A stretch of 64,000 bases of DNA from Gammaproteobacteria bacterium (lineage in GTDB: Bacteria; Pseudomonadota; Gammaproteobacteria; Steroidobacterales; Steroidobacteraceae). Positions 49,318-59,049 of the stretch are shown here, in pieces. The first letter of the stretch is position 1; each line of letters starts with the position of its first letter. Below the pieces are notes generated by a model, which worked only from the letters and a program-made list of their open reading frames with translations, did not search any database and had not been told where the DNA came from. The translations under genes and the position numbers were made by a program. The DNA lies in the NCBI GenBank assembly GCA_016874555.1, contig VGTW01000002.1, forward strand, positions 909-64,908, written 5' to 3'.

Positions 49318-50111
49318 AAGACACCGCGCTCGGCGAGCGAGAGGGTATCTGGGCCGGCGCTGATCAGGTGATCGAGCACATGCACATCGACTCGCGCGAG
49401 CGCATCGCGCAGTCGCACGGTAATGAGCTCGTCTGCGCGACTCGGCTCGGCAATGCCCGAGGGGTGATTGTGCGCGAGGATGACTGCTGCTGCGTTATGC
49501 GCCAGTGTTTGTTGCAAAACCTCGCGCGGATGCACGCTGGCGCCATCGATGGTGCCGCGGAACAATTCTTCGAAGGCGATCAGGCGATGTCGGTTGTCCA
49601 GATAAAGACAGCAGAACACCTCGTACGGCCGATCGCGCAACCGCGCATTGAGAAAGCGGCGGATTTCGAGGGGTGAACTCAGCGAGACCCCGGCACGTAG
49701 TGCGGCCCCGTAGTGACGACGAGCGAGTTCGAGCGACACCTGCAGCGCCGCTACACGCGCCGGGCCCATGCCGTGCGCGCCCAACATTCGACTCGCCGGC
49801 GCCGAGAGCAAATTGCGCAAGCCATCGTGATCGTGCAGCAAACGACGGACGAGTTCGGGCGCATCGCTGCCACGGGTACCGGTGCCTAGCAGTAGCGCGA
49901 GCAGCTCCGCATCGGAGAGAGCGCCGACCCCGCGCTCGAGCAGTTTTTCGTGGGGGCGCTCACCATTAGACCAGGCGCGCAAGGGCAGGGGTGTGGTCAG
50001 GGATATGAGGCTCTCCGGCGCAGAAATCGCCGCAGCTTCCGTATTGCAGGGACGCGGGGCGAGTCGCAAAATTCGCTGGACTGCCCCATAACCGAAGTCC
50101 GCGGCCGGCAC
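49314..50111 (-). CDS. radC: RadC/YicR-family JAB-domain protein
   Basis: The family start is recognisable at ...LRAWSNGERPHEKLLERGVGALSDAELLALLLGTG. JAMM motif HNHPSG. The true start is probably internal (e.g. TTG at 49982), so the 5' end is uncertain. Confidence 0.8.
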   Translation of the reverse strand: MPAADFGYGAVQRILRLAPRPCNTEAAAISAPESLISLTTPLPLRAWSNGERPHEKLLERGVGALSDAELLALLLGTGTRGSDAPELVRRLLHDHDGLRNLLSAPASRMLGAHGMGPARVAALQVSLELARRHYGAALRAGVSLSSPLEIRRFLNARLRDRPYEVFCCLYLDNRHRLIAFEELFRGTIDGASVHPREVLQQTLAHNAAAVILAHNHPSGIAEPSRADELITVRLRDALARVDVHVLDHLISAGPDTLSLAERGVL

Positions 50112-50160
50112 AATCTTTGGTCAATCGACGTTTTTCGTCAGCTTGGTCGATAATCCACCG

Positions 50161-51471
50161 ATGAGTGCCACTTCCCCACCGACCTTGGCCGGGCGACGCA
50201 TCCTGCTCGGTGTTAGCGGGGGCATCGCGGCATACAAGTCGCCTGATCTGGTGCGGCGACTGCGCGAACGTGGGGCCGAGGTACAGGTGGTGATGACCCC
50301 CGGCGCACAGCGGTTCGTGACCCCGACGACTTTTCAGGCGGTCTCGGGGCGTGAGGTGCGGGCCGAACTGTGGGACGCGGCTGCCGAGGCCTCGATGGGG
50401 CATATCGAGCTCGCCCGCTGGGCCGACCTCGCGCTCGTAGCGCCAGCGACGGCGGATTTTTTGGCCCGCGTGGCTGCGGGTCGAGCCGACGATCTGCTCA
50501 CCACGCTCATTCTCGCCACCGAATCACCGGTGGCGCTCGCGCCGACGATGAATCGCATCATGTGGGACAAACCCGTCACGCAGCACAACGTCGCTACCTT
50601 GCGTCGTCATGGTGTGCATTTGTTGGGTCCGGAGGTCGGCAGCCAAGGCTGCGGTAAAATCGGCTCGGGTCGAATGCTCGAGCCTGCCGAGATCGCGGAA
50701 GCGGCCTCGACGCTGCTTGCCGATCGCCCACCGCGTGCGGTGACGCTTCGGGTCGTGGCGGCGGCCAAAGACGAGCCGCGACCGCTCGCGGGCTTGAGCG
50801 TGCTGATCACCGCGGGGCCCACGCGCGAGCCGATCGATCCCGTGCGTTACATCACCAATCGCAGCAGCGGCAAAATGGGCTTTGCCGTGGCCGCCGCGGC
50901 GCATGCGGCCGGCGCCGAGGTGGTGCTGGTCGCTGGGCCCGTGAGCTCGCCGACGCCCGAAGGCGTGCGACGCATCGATGACGAGACCGCCACAGAGATG
51001 GCGAGCGCCGTGGAGCGCGAGGCGACGGGACTCGATGTACTCGTCGGTACTGCGCCCGTTGCCGACTATCGACCCGCGACCCGCTCATCACGCAAGCTCA
51101 AAAAAACCATGGAGCGTATCGATCTGCCACTCGAGCGTACGGCAGATATTTTGGCCGCGGTCGCAGCGCGCGCCGATCGTCCTTTCGTGGTGGGTTTTGC
51201 CGCCGAGACTCATGACGTCGAGCAATACGCGCGCAGCAAACTGCTTGCAAATAAACTCGATTTGATTGCTGCCAACGAAGTGGGCGAGGGCAAGGTTTTC
51301 GATCGCGACGACAATACACTCGTTTTGCTTTGGGCCAATGGATGGCTAGAGCTCGGGCCGGCGAGCAAGGACGAGGTGGCACGTCGTCTGCTCGAGATCA
51401 TCGGCTGGCGTCTTGCCGACTCGCGAGCTCGCGGAGCACATAATCTTGGATCGGCAGGAGCAGAGGCATGA
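50161..51471 (+). CDS. coaBC: bifunctional phosphopantothenoylcysteine decarboxylase / phosphopantothenate-cysteine ligase
   Basis: ATG at 50161. Flavoprotein motif [13 protein letters not shown] and CoaB motif [10 protein letters not shown]. Divergent from radC. Confidence 0.92.
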   Translation: MSATSPPTLAGRRILLGVSGGIAAYKSPDLVRRLRERGAEVQVVMTPGAQRFVTPTTFQAVSGREVRAELWDAAAEASMGHIELARWADLALVAPATADFLARVAAGRADDLLTTLILATESPVALAPTMNRIMWDKPVTQHNVATLRRHGVHLLGPEVGSQGCGKIGSGRMLEPAEIAEAASTLLADRPPRAVTLRVVAAAKDEPRPLAGLSVLITAGPTREPIDPVRYITNRSSGKMGFAVAAAAHAAGAEVVLVAGPVSSPTPEGVRRIDDETATEMASAVEREATGLDVLVGTAPVADYRPATRSSRKLKKTMERIDLPLERTADILAAVAARADRPFVVGFAAETHDVEQYARSKLLANKLDLIAANEVGEGKVFDRDDNTLVLLWANGWLELGPASKDEVARRLLEIIGWRLADSRARGAHNLGSAGAEA

Positions 51472-51929
51472 GTCGTCGCGCACTAAAGGTAAGAGTTCTC
51501 GATCCGCGTATCGGCAAAGATTTTCCGTTGCCGGCCTATGCGACCGAGGGTTCTGCGGGCCTCGATCTGCGCGCCTGTATTGATGCACCGCTGGAGCTCG
51601 TGCCAGGCAAAGCAGAACTTTTGCCGACCGGGCTCGCGATCTGGGTGGCTGATCCGGCGCTGGCGGCGGTGATCCTGCCGCGCTCGGGGCTCGGTCACAA
51701 ACACGGCATCGTGCTCGGTAATCTGGTCGGTCTGATCGACTCCGACTATCAGGGTCAGCTGATGGTGTCGTGCTGGAATCGCGGCTCTGCGAGCTACACC
51801 GTGCAGCCTGGTGAGCGCATCGCGCAGTTGGTGCTGGTGCCTATAGTGCAAGTCGAGCTCGAGGTCGTCGAAGATTTCACTGCTACGGCGCGCGGCGCTG
51901 GCGGCTTTGGGAGTTCAGGTACACGCTGA
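51468..51929 (+). CDS. dut: dUTP diphosphatase
   Basis: 153 aa. Motifs [26 protein letters not shown], and C-terminal [14 protein letters not shown] overlap with coaBC. Confidence 0.96.
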   Translation: MSRRALKVRVLDPRIGKDFPLPAYATEGSAGLDLRACIDAPLELVPGKAELLPTGLAIWVADPALAAVILPRSGLGHKHGIVLGNLVGLIDSDYQGQLMVSCWNRGSASYTVQPGERIAQLVLVPIVQVELEVVEDFTATARGAGGFGSSGTR

Positions 51930-51932
51930 GCG

Positions 51933-53225
51933 TCAGGTGCGCTCGAGGATTGCGGTAACGCCCATTCCGCCCGCGGTGCACACCGAAATCAGGCCGCGAC
52001 GACTTTGCGGGTTCGTGGCCAGCAACTTCGCCAGCGTAGCCACGATCCGTGCGCCGGTCGCGGCAAACGGGTGACCGATCGCCACGCTGCTGCCCTTCAC
52101 GTTGAGTTTGCTGCGATCGATGCTGCCCAGCGCGGCGCTGCGACCGAGCTTGTCGCGACACCATTCGGCCGATTCCCAAGCGGCCAGCGTGCAAAGCACC
52201 TGCGCCGCAAAGGCCTCGTGGATCTCAAAGAAATCGAAGTCCTGCAGGCTAAGACCTGCATCGCCTAACATCGCGGACACGGAATAGGCAGGTGCCATGA
52301 GCAAGCCCTCCGCGCCGCCGACAAAATCGACAGCCCAAGCTTTACCGAACGTGAGCCAGGCCTGTACCGACAAATTGCGCGTGCGAGCCCAGGACTCGCT
52401 GGCGAGCAGCACTGCCGAGGCGCCATCGGTGAGCGGCGTGCTGTTGCCTGCGGTCAGCGTACCTAAGCCCGAACGACTAAAGCTCGGCCGCAGTTTCGCG
52501 AGTTTTTCGGGGGTACTGTCGGCGCGGACATTGTCGTCGCGTTGCAGACCTTCGAACGGTACGACCAGATCATCAAAGAATCCGCTCTGCCAGGCCGCCG
52601 CTGCATGACGATGACTGTTGCAGGCGAGTGCATCCTGCGCCTCGCGACTGATGCCCCAGCGCTTGGCCATCTGCTCGCAGCTCTCGCCCATTGAGAGCCC
52701 CGTGCGCGGTTCGCTGGCGTCGGGAATAAGCGGCTTGAAGTGCCCGGGGCGCAGCGAGAAAAAAGGCATAAGCCGACTACTGAGAGTTTTGGCGCGGAAG
52801 GCTCGCATCAAAATTTGCTGATAAGCCCGCGGATAGACGATCGGCGGATCGCTGACGGTATCGACCCCTCCGGCAAGGCCACAGTCGATCTGCCCAAGCG
52901 CGATTTTGTTGGCAATGCTAATGGCTGCTTCGAGACTTGTGCCGCAAGCCCGTTGCAGATTGAAGGCGGGGGTGTGGGGATCCAGTGTGGTGCCGAGCAC
53001 GCTCTCTCGTGCGAGGTTGAAATCGCGTGAGTGCTTGATTACCGCGCCCGCCGCCACCTCGCCGAGGCGCAAGCCATCGAGGCCATATTTAGCGACGACG
53101 GCTTGCAGCGCCGCGGTGAGCATCTGCAGATTGCCGATCTGCGCGTATGCCCCGTGCGACCGCGCGAACGGAATACGCGCGCCCCCGATCACGGCAACGC
53201 GACGAACTGCAACTCCTACCAGCAT
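51933..53225 (-). CDS. acetyl-CoA C-acyltransferase (thiolase)
   Basis: 430 aa. Nucleophile region LQRACGTSLEAA and C-terminal CTAGGMG. Confidence 0.88.
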   Translation of the reverse strand: MLVGVAVRRVAVIGGARIPFARSHGAYAQIGNLQMLTAALQAVVAKYGLDGLRLGEVAAGAVIKHSRDFNLARESVLGTTLDPHTPAFNLQRACGTSLEAAISIANKIALGQIDCGLAGGVDTVSDPPIVYPRAYQQILMRAFRAKTLSSRLMPFFSLRPGHFKPLIPDASEPRTGLSMGESCEQMAKRWGISREAQDALACNSHRHAAAAWQSGFFDDLVVPFEGLQRDDNVRADSTPEKLAKLRPSFSRSGLGTLTAGNSTPLTDGASAVLLASESWARTRNLSVQAWLTFGKAWAVDFVGGAEGLLMAPAYSVSAMLGDAGLSLQDFDFFEIHEAFAAQVLCTLAAWESAEWCRDKLGRSAALGSIDRSKLNVKGSSVAIGHPFAATGARIVATLAKLLATNPQSRRGLISVCTAGGMGVTAILERT

Positions 53226-53251
53226 GCTTTCAGGCTCAGCATGTCAGTTAC

Positions 53252-54532
53252 TCAGCGGGCCATTCCAGCCTTGACACGCTCGTAGTGACGATCGCGCAGG
53301 GCCGTATGCCGCGATTCGAGCGTCTGTACGCGACCGCCTGTCACGACGAGATCCGGCAGACTCGACACCTCGAGAGGGTCGCCTGACCAGAGCACGAGAT
53401 CAGCCGTGCGACCGCGCTCGATGCTGCCGAAGCGGTCGGCTATGCCAAAGATTTCAGCGGGCACCCGAGTGACCGCAGCGAGCGAATCCCACTTCGGCAT
53501 ACCGTATGCCACCGCATTGCCGGCGGCCTGACGGGTCTTGCCGGCATCATCGATGTCGGTGTCGTTGATGGAAACCGCAACCGTTACGCCCGCGGCGCGC
53601 AACCTCGCCGCATTGGTGAGCGTCGCGCCGATCTTGTCGAAACTGTCGGGCAGGTTGTCGAGCGGATCGAGAATCACCGGCACCCGCGCGGCCGCGAGCT
53701 CCGATGCGACTCGCCAAGACTCAGCCCCGCCGCGGATTGCGACACGGAGTTTCTCTTCACGAGCGAAAGCCAAAGCATTACGGATGTCGATTGCGCGATC
53801 GACTTGCAGTACGAATAAACCGTTCTCTTTGAGAAACTCGAGCAGAACCTGCCGACCCGAGGGCGAAAGCAGTCGCTGGTCATGGACCATTACGAGGTTG
53901 GGTGCTCGTGCTTCGACGAAGGCCTGACGCAGCAGCATGAACTGCGCCGCACGTGAACCGCCCGACAAATCGTTGGCGTCACCACCCAAATCCACGAACA
54001 TCGCGCGCGCTGGTGCAGGTGTCGTACCATCAAGTCCTGTGGGTGCACCAAGACCCGCCACCAGACTGCCACCGCGCGCCGCCGCAGGGGCGAGCACGCT
54101 GAAAGTGATGCCGTTGCTGCGATGCACACCGAGCGACATCGACTCAGGATTGAAAGCGAGCGTAACGTCGAACTCCGGCCGCATCTGCCCGAGTCGCTGT
54201 GCGTAGTCTCCGGTCGATTGCTCGAGACCGATTTCTTCGAGACCAATGTGGCCGAGACCGCCAAAGATTCCCGGGGTCAGGGCTCGACCGTTGGCCTCGA
54301 TGACGCGAGTACCAGCCGGGGCTGCCAGTGCCGCGCCAATCGCCGTGACTCGTCCATCCTGTACGAGGACGTCGGTACCATTCAGCGCCGCTGCAGCATC
54401 ATGCGTCATGGTGTACACCGTGGCATTACGCACCAGCAGTGAGCTGCCGCCAGTATCCGCAAGCGCGACCGGCGCTGCGAGCGTTATCGCAAATGCAGTG
54501 CCTAGCCAAGATAGGGTTACAAGAAGTTTCAT
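53252..54532 (-). CDS. secreted amidohydrolase-family protein
   Basis: 426 aa. Sec signal MKLLVTLSWLGTAFAITLAAPVALA and a metal-dependent hydrolase fold tail (ADLVLWSGDPLE). Confidence 0.75.
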   Translation of the reverse strand: MKLLVTLSWLGTAFAITLAAPVALADTGGSSLLVRNATVYTMTHDAAAALNGTDVLVQDGRVTAIGAALAAPAGTRVIEANGRALTPGIFGGLGHIGLEEIGLEQSTGDYAQRLGQMRPEFDVTLAFNPESMSLGVHRSNGITFSVLAPAAARGGSLVAGLGAPTGLDGTTPAPARAMFVDLGGDANDLSGGSRAAQFMLLRQAFVEARAPNLVMVHDQRLLSPSGRQVLLEFLKENGLFVLQVDRAIDIRNALAFAREEKLRVAIRGGAESWRVASELAAARVPVILDPLDNLPDSFDKIGATLTNAARLRAAGVTVAVSINDTDIDDAGKTRQAAGNAVAYGMPKWDSLAAVTRVPAEIFGIADRFGSIERGRTADLVLWSGDPLEVSSLPDLVVTGGRVQTLESRHTALRDRHYERVKAGMAR

Positions 54533-55974
54533 CGGATCACCCCCGCCGCAGCTGGCTGACCAAGCAGGAAATCGGATTCCGGTAAATTACGAGGTACGCT
54601 ACGATCAAAGCGCAGTGCGCCATCGATATAGATTTTTTCGGTGAGTGCATAGACGCTGAAAGGATTACCACTCCAGACAACGACATCGGCCATCTTGCCG
54701 TTCTCGAGTATGCCGATGCGCTTTTCGAGGCCGATCGCCTTGGCGGCATTGGCCGTGAGCCAGCGAATGGCATGCTCAGGTTTGATATCGATGCCCATAC
54801 GCTTGCCAAAGGCTATGCCTTTCGCCACCTCTTGATTAAGCCGCTGTATGCCCTCGGCCGAATCGGAATGCACCACCGTACAACCACCGGGCGCAGCATC
54901 GACCAAAATCATATTCTCAGGGATCGCATCATAGGACTCCATTTTGAAGCCCCACCAGTCAGCCCACACTGCAGCACAAACATTGTTTTCGGCGAGCAGG
55001 TTGGAAATTTTGTAGGCCTCGGTGGCGTGGTGAAAGGTGCTCACGCGATAGCCGAACTCGCGCGCCATATCGATCACGATCGCCATTTCGTCAGCACGAT
55101 AGCAGTGGTGCTGGATGAGGATCTCGTCGCGCAATACACCGGCGAGCGTCTCAAGGCGTAGATCGCGTTTCGGTGGCCGCAAATCTTTGGCGCCCGCTGC
55201 ACTACGCGCCTCGAACTGCCGCCAATCTCGTATGTATTCCTGCGCTTCGATCCATTGCGCGCGCCAGCCGGCGACGTTACCCATACGCGTGGAGGGCAAC
55301 TGACGACGATTACCGTAAACGCGTTTGGGATTCTCGCCGCAGGCCATCTTGAGACCTTGTGGCGCATCTGGGAATTTCATTGACTGGTAGCTGACCGCAT
55401 GAATATTTTTGATACTGACTGAGCGGCCGCCAAAGAGGTTGGCGGAGCCTGGCAGAACATGCAGCGTAGTGATGCCGCCTTCGAGCGCGGCCTCGAAGCC
55501 CGGATCCTGCGGCCAAATCGAATGTTCAGCCCACACATTGGGCGTGGAGGGGGACGTCGCCTCGTTACCGTCGGAGTGTGCTTCGACGCCGGGGGAGGGA
55601 TAGACACCGAGATGCGAGTGCACATCGATGAGCCCTGGCGTGACCCATTTACCGCGGCCGTCGATCACAACTGCACCCGTCGGTACTTCGAGCGTGCGTC
55701 CGACCGCAGTGATCTTACCGTCACTCATCAAAACATCGGCGTCATCGAGTCGCTCGCCGTTACCGATCAACACGGTCGCGCCGCGAATCAGCGTTGGCAC
55801 CGAAGCTGCCGGCTTGTAGGTCGAGGGATAAGGTGTGGGTGATACCGGCGCAACCACGGAGCGTTCGCGAGCGGCAGGCGGCGCTACCGTGGCGGTGGTC
55901 GAACACGCGGTCAGGGTGACCATGACACCCGTGAGCAGCGTACGAGGCCAGTGGGTCGAGGACAGATCGATCAT
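54529..55974 (-). CDS. amidohydrolase-family lipoprotein
   Basis: ATG at 55974 gives a lipobox (VMVTLTAC). Metal motif GLIDVHSHLG, and tail ADVVVWSGNPFS. ATGA overlap with the downstream paralogue. Confidence 0.8.
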   Translation of the reverse strand: MIDLSSTHWPRTLLTGVMVTLTACSTTATVAPPAARERSVVAPVSPTPYPSTYKPAASVPTLIRGATVLIGNGERLDDADVLMSDGKITAVGRTLEVPTGAVVIDGRGKWVTPGLIDVHSHLGVYPSPGVEAHSDGNEATSPSTPNVWAEHSIWPQDPGFEAALEGGITTLHVLPGSANLFGGRSVSIKNIHAVSYQSMKFPDAPQGLKMACGENPKRVYGNRRQLPSTRMGNVAGWRAQWIEAQEYIRDWRQFEARSAAGAKDLRPPKRDLRLETLAGVLRDEILIQHHCYRADEMAIVIDMAREFGYRVSTFHHATEAYKISNLLAENNVCAAVWADWWGFKMESYDAIPENMILVDAAPGGCTVVHSDSAEGIQRLNQEVAKGIAFGKRMGIDIKPEHAIRWLTANAAKAIGLEKRIGILENGKMADVVVWSGNPFSVYALTEKIYIDGALRFDRSVPRNLPESDFLLGQPAAAGVIR

Positions 55975-56115
55975 GAAGCACAATCTCCACTTCTGGTTTC
56001 GTAACACGTTTAGCCTTGAAATCCCTTTGACTAGCACGGCAAGATGCCTTACGAGGCTGTCCGAAACAATGGGGTCGCGCCAGCGCGGACCGCGGGCAGG
56101 CCAGCGAGAGGCACA

Positions 56116-56415
56116 ATGTCCTTCAGGACCTTCCAAGAGTTTTACCCGTTTTACCTCGGCGAGCACGCGAATCGAACCTCGCGTCGCCTGCACGTGGTCG
56201 GTACAACTCTTGTCGTCGCGCAGTTACTGTTGGTTTTTTTGATAGGCAACCCGTGGTTGCTGCTCAGCGGTCTGGTCACCGGTTATGCGCTGGCCTGGAT
56301 CGGGCATTATTTTTTCGAGAAGAACACCCCGGCCACCTTCAAATATCCACTTTTCAGTCTGCGCGGCGATTTCGCTATGACCCGTGATGTTTTCACGGGC
56401 CGTATCCCCTGGTAA
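56116..56415 (+). CDS. DUF962 (Mpo1-like) membrane protein
   Basis: ATG at 56116 gives MSFRTFQEFYPFYLGEHANRTSRRLH..., followed by two hydrophobic helices and HYFFEKN. Confidence 0.7.
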   Translation: MSFRTFQEFYPFYLGEHANRTSRRLHVVGTTLVVAQLLLVFLIGNPWLLLSGLVTGYALAWIGHYFFEKNTPATFKYPLFSLRGDFAMTRDVFTGRIPW

Positions 56416-56418
56416 GCA

Positions 56419-57993
56419 GTGAATCGCATCAACCGCGTCTTCGAAAAACGCCTAGCCGCCGTCATTAATAGTGGTGAACGGCGCGTGTTGCAAGGCGGGC
56501 GGCGCGGTGTCGAGAAAGAATCGCTGCGGGTAAACCCTGAAGGTCGCATCGCGACCACACTGCATCCGAAAGCACTGGGTTCAGCACTGACCAACGATCA
56601 CATCACCACCGATTACTCGGAAGCCCTTATCGAGCTCGTCACGCCCACGTTCACCACCAACTGGGAGCTCTTGCAATACCTTTGCGATCTGCACCAGTTC
56701 GTCTATCGACATCTCGGCGACGAATTGTTGTGGGCGACCAGTATGCCCTGCGCGGTGGATGGCGATGCGAGCATCCCAATCGCGCAATACGGACCTTCCA
56801 ATGTCGGGCGTATGAAGACGATTTATCGGGAGGGTCTCGGCATCCGCTACGGCCGCGTGATGCAGGCCATCTCGGGCGTGCATTTCAATTACTCGTTTCC
56901 AGAGCGCTTATGGCCGATCTGGGCCGCTGCACGCGAGTCACGTGACGAAGGTCAGGATTTCATCTCCGAGAGCTATTTCAATCTGTTGCGTAATTATCGT
57001 CGCTACGGTTGGATCATCCTCTATTTATTTGGTGTGTCGCCGACGGTGTGCAAATCATTTTTGCGCGTACGTGGTGAACAATTACCTGAGTTCGGCCGCG
57101 GTACGGCCTGGGAACCTTACGCGACCTCGTTGCGTATGAGCGATCTCGGCTATCGTAATCGCATTCAAGCGGGACTCGAGGTATCAGTCAACAGTCTTGA
57201 AGAGTACGTCCGCGATCTCACTCTTACCATCAGTCAGCCGCACCCGGAGTACGAACGACTCGGTGTGCATGTGGATGGACAGTGGCGGCAGCTCAATGCC
57301 AATTTGCTGCAGATCGAGAACGAGTACTACGCCTTTATTCGACCAAAGAGAGTCGCGCGATCAGGCGAGCGACCGACCAAGGCACTGCGCCGCGGCGGTG
57401 TCGAATATGTTGAAGTGCGTGCGCTCGATGTCAGTGCTTTCGATCCGGTGGGTGTCAACCAGAACAAGATGCGGTTCATAGAGGCTTTTCTGGCGGTTTG
57501 TTTGATACGTGACAGCCCGCTGATCAATACTTCGGAGCAGTCGGCGCTTGACCGAAATCACGTCACGGTGGCGCGCCGTGGACGTGAGCCTGGGCTCACG
57601 CTCGTTCGCGACGGGCGCAATGTTTCCATGCTCGACTGGGCCCGCGAAATCCTCGATCAGATGCAGGCTGCCTGCGAAATGCTCGATGAGGGCGACCGGC
57701 AGCGCCCCTATGCTGCAGCGCTCGCCGTGCAGGCAGCCAAGCTCGATGACGTCGCGCTCACGCCCTCGGCGCGGCTGATCGTTGAGTTACGCGAGACCGG
57801 CGAATCATTCTTCGATATGGCGCTGCGCACTTCGGCGGCGCACAAGGCGTATTTCCTTGATCTGTACCAGCCCAACGAGCGGCGGCTGCGCGAATTCGCC
57901 GATGAAGCGGCTGAGTCGTTGACTGTCGCCGAGGCGATGGCGCGCGCGCCGCAGCAAGATTTTGCCGAGTTTCTCGCCAGCTATTTTTCGTAG
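56419..57993 (+). CDS. gshA: glutamate-cysteine ligase (gammaproteobacterial type)
   Basis: 524 aa from a GTG start. Length and blocks match E. coli-type GshA (GVEKESLRV, TTDYSEALIELVTP, YVEVRALD). Confidence 0.9.
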   Translation: MNRINRVFEKRLAAVINSGERRVLQGGRRGVEKESLRVNPEGRIATTLHPKALGSALTNDHITTDYSEALIELVTPTFTTNWELLQYLCDLHQFVYRHLGDELLWATSMPCAVDGDASIPIAQYGPSNVGRMKTIYREGLGIRYGRVMQAISGVHFNYSFPERLWPIWAAARESRDEGQDFISESYFNLLRNYRRYGWIILYLFGVSPTVCKSFLRVRGEQLPEFGRGTAWEPYATSLRMSDLGYRNRIQAGLEVSVNSLEEYVRDLTLTISQPHPEYERLGVHVDGQWRQLNANLLQIENEYYAFIRPKRVARSGERPTKALRRGGVEYVEVRALDVSAFDPVGVNQNKMRFIEAFLAVCLIRDSPLINTSEQSALDRNHVTVARRGREPGLTLVRDGRNVSMLDWAREILDQMQAACEMLDEGDRQRPYAAALAVQAAKLDDVALTPSARLIVELRETGESFFDMALRTSAAHKAYFLDLYQPNERRLREFADEAAESLTVAEAMARAPQQDFAEFLASYFS

Positions 57994-58982
57994 ATTGCGA
58001 TTTCGCGGCGACCTGAGGAGTCGCGCATGCCGCGGAACATCCCTGGGCTGTTGAACTGCATCACCACGTTGCCTTGCCGGTCGACCGCAATGACACCACC
58101 CTCGCCACCGCGCTGAATGAGCTTGCCGTGGACGACTTCCTTAGCGGCTTTTTCGAGCGTCCAGCCGCGGTATTCGACCAGCGCGCAAATGTCGTAGGCG
58201 ACGACTGAGCGAATGAAATACTCGCCGTGGCCCGTCGCCGACACCGCGCAGCTCGCGTTATTGGCATAGGTGCCTGCGCCGATGATGGGTGCGTCACCGA
58301 TCCGGCCCCACCGCTTGTTGGTCATACCACCCGTCGAGGTCGCCGCGGCGAGATTCCCCCGCGCATCGACCGCGACGGCACCGACCGTACCGAGCCCTTG
58401 CAGCGCGTTGTACGCCAGGGCGCGTCCCTGCAACACGCGCTCGAGTTGGCGCTTGCGAGTTGGGGTTACAAAGTATTCGTTGGGTACCAGCGTCAGGCCT
58501 TGGGTTAGCGCGAATTCCTCGGCACCGGTACTGGACAAAAAGACATGCGGCGAGTTTTCCATGACGCGGCGTGCGAGATCGATCGGATTTTTGACGTGAC
58601 GCAAACCGGTCACGGCACCAGCGGCCAGGGTGCGTCCCTCCATGATCGAGGCATCGAGTTCGGCATAACCGTCATGAGCAAGCACTGCGCCCTTACCGGC
58701 ATTGAAAAGCGGATTGTCCTCGAGTGAACGGACGGTTGTGGTGACCGCGTCGAGACTGTTACCGCCGGCTGCGAGCACGGCGTAGCCCGCATCGAGCGCC
58801 TCGGCGAGGCCGGCGCGGTAGCTCGCGCCATCATCGGGTCCGAGCTGATCGCGTGGAATCACGCCGGCACCGCCGTGAATGGCAATGGCAACCATGTTCT
58901 TTCGCTGCTCTGCCGACGCTGTAGTCGCGACCGTAATGGAAGAGAACGCAACGAGCAGCATCGTGATTGAGGTGATACGCAT
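57981..58982 (-). CDS. isoaspartyl peptidase / L-asparaginase (Ntn hydrolase)
   Basis: ATG at 58982 gives the signal peptide MRITSITMLLVAFSSITVATTASA. Autoprocessing site GTVGAVAVD and the GAG motif. Confidence 0.85.
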   Translation of the reverse strand: MRITSITMLLVAFSSITVATTASAEQRKNMVAIAIHGGAGVIPRDQLGPDDGASYRAGLAEALDAGYAVLAAGGNSLDAVTTTVRSLEDNPLFNAGKGAVLAHDGYAELDASIMEGRTLAAGAVTGLRHVKNPIDLARRVMENSPHVFLSSTGAEEFALTQGLTLVPNEYFVTPTRKRQLERVLQGRALAYNALQGLGTVGAVAVDARGNLAAATSTGGMTNKRWGRIGDAPIIGAGTYANNASCAVSATGHGEYFIRSVVAYDICALVEYRGWTLEKAAKEVVHGKLIQRGGEGGVIAVDRQGNVVMQFNSPGMFRGMRDSSGRREIAIYEK

Positions 58983-59049
58983 CTCGGCTCCGGTATGATC
59001 GCTTGGGCTTCGGCATTGTACCGAGCCGCAGCGGTCAGCTGGGGGGGGC

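Noticed and set aside
55975-56193. 73-codon upstream extension of the amidohydrolase ORF
   Set aside because: It would overlap the divergent DUF962 gene. An internal ATG gives a proper lipoprotein signal.
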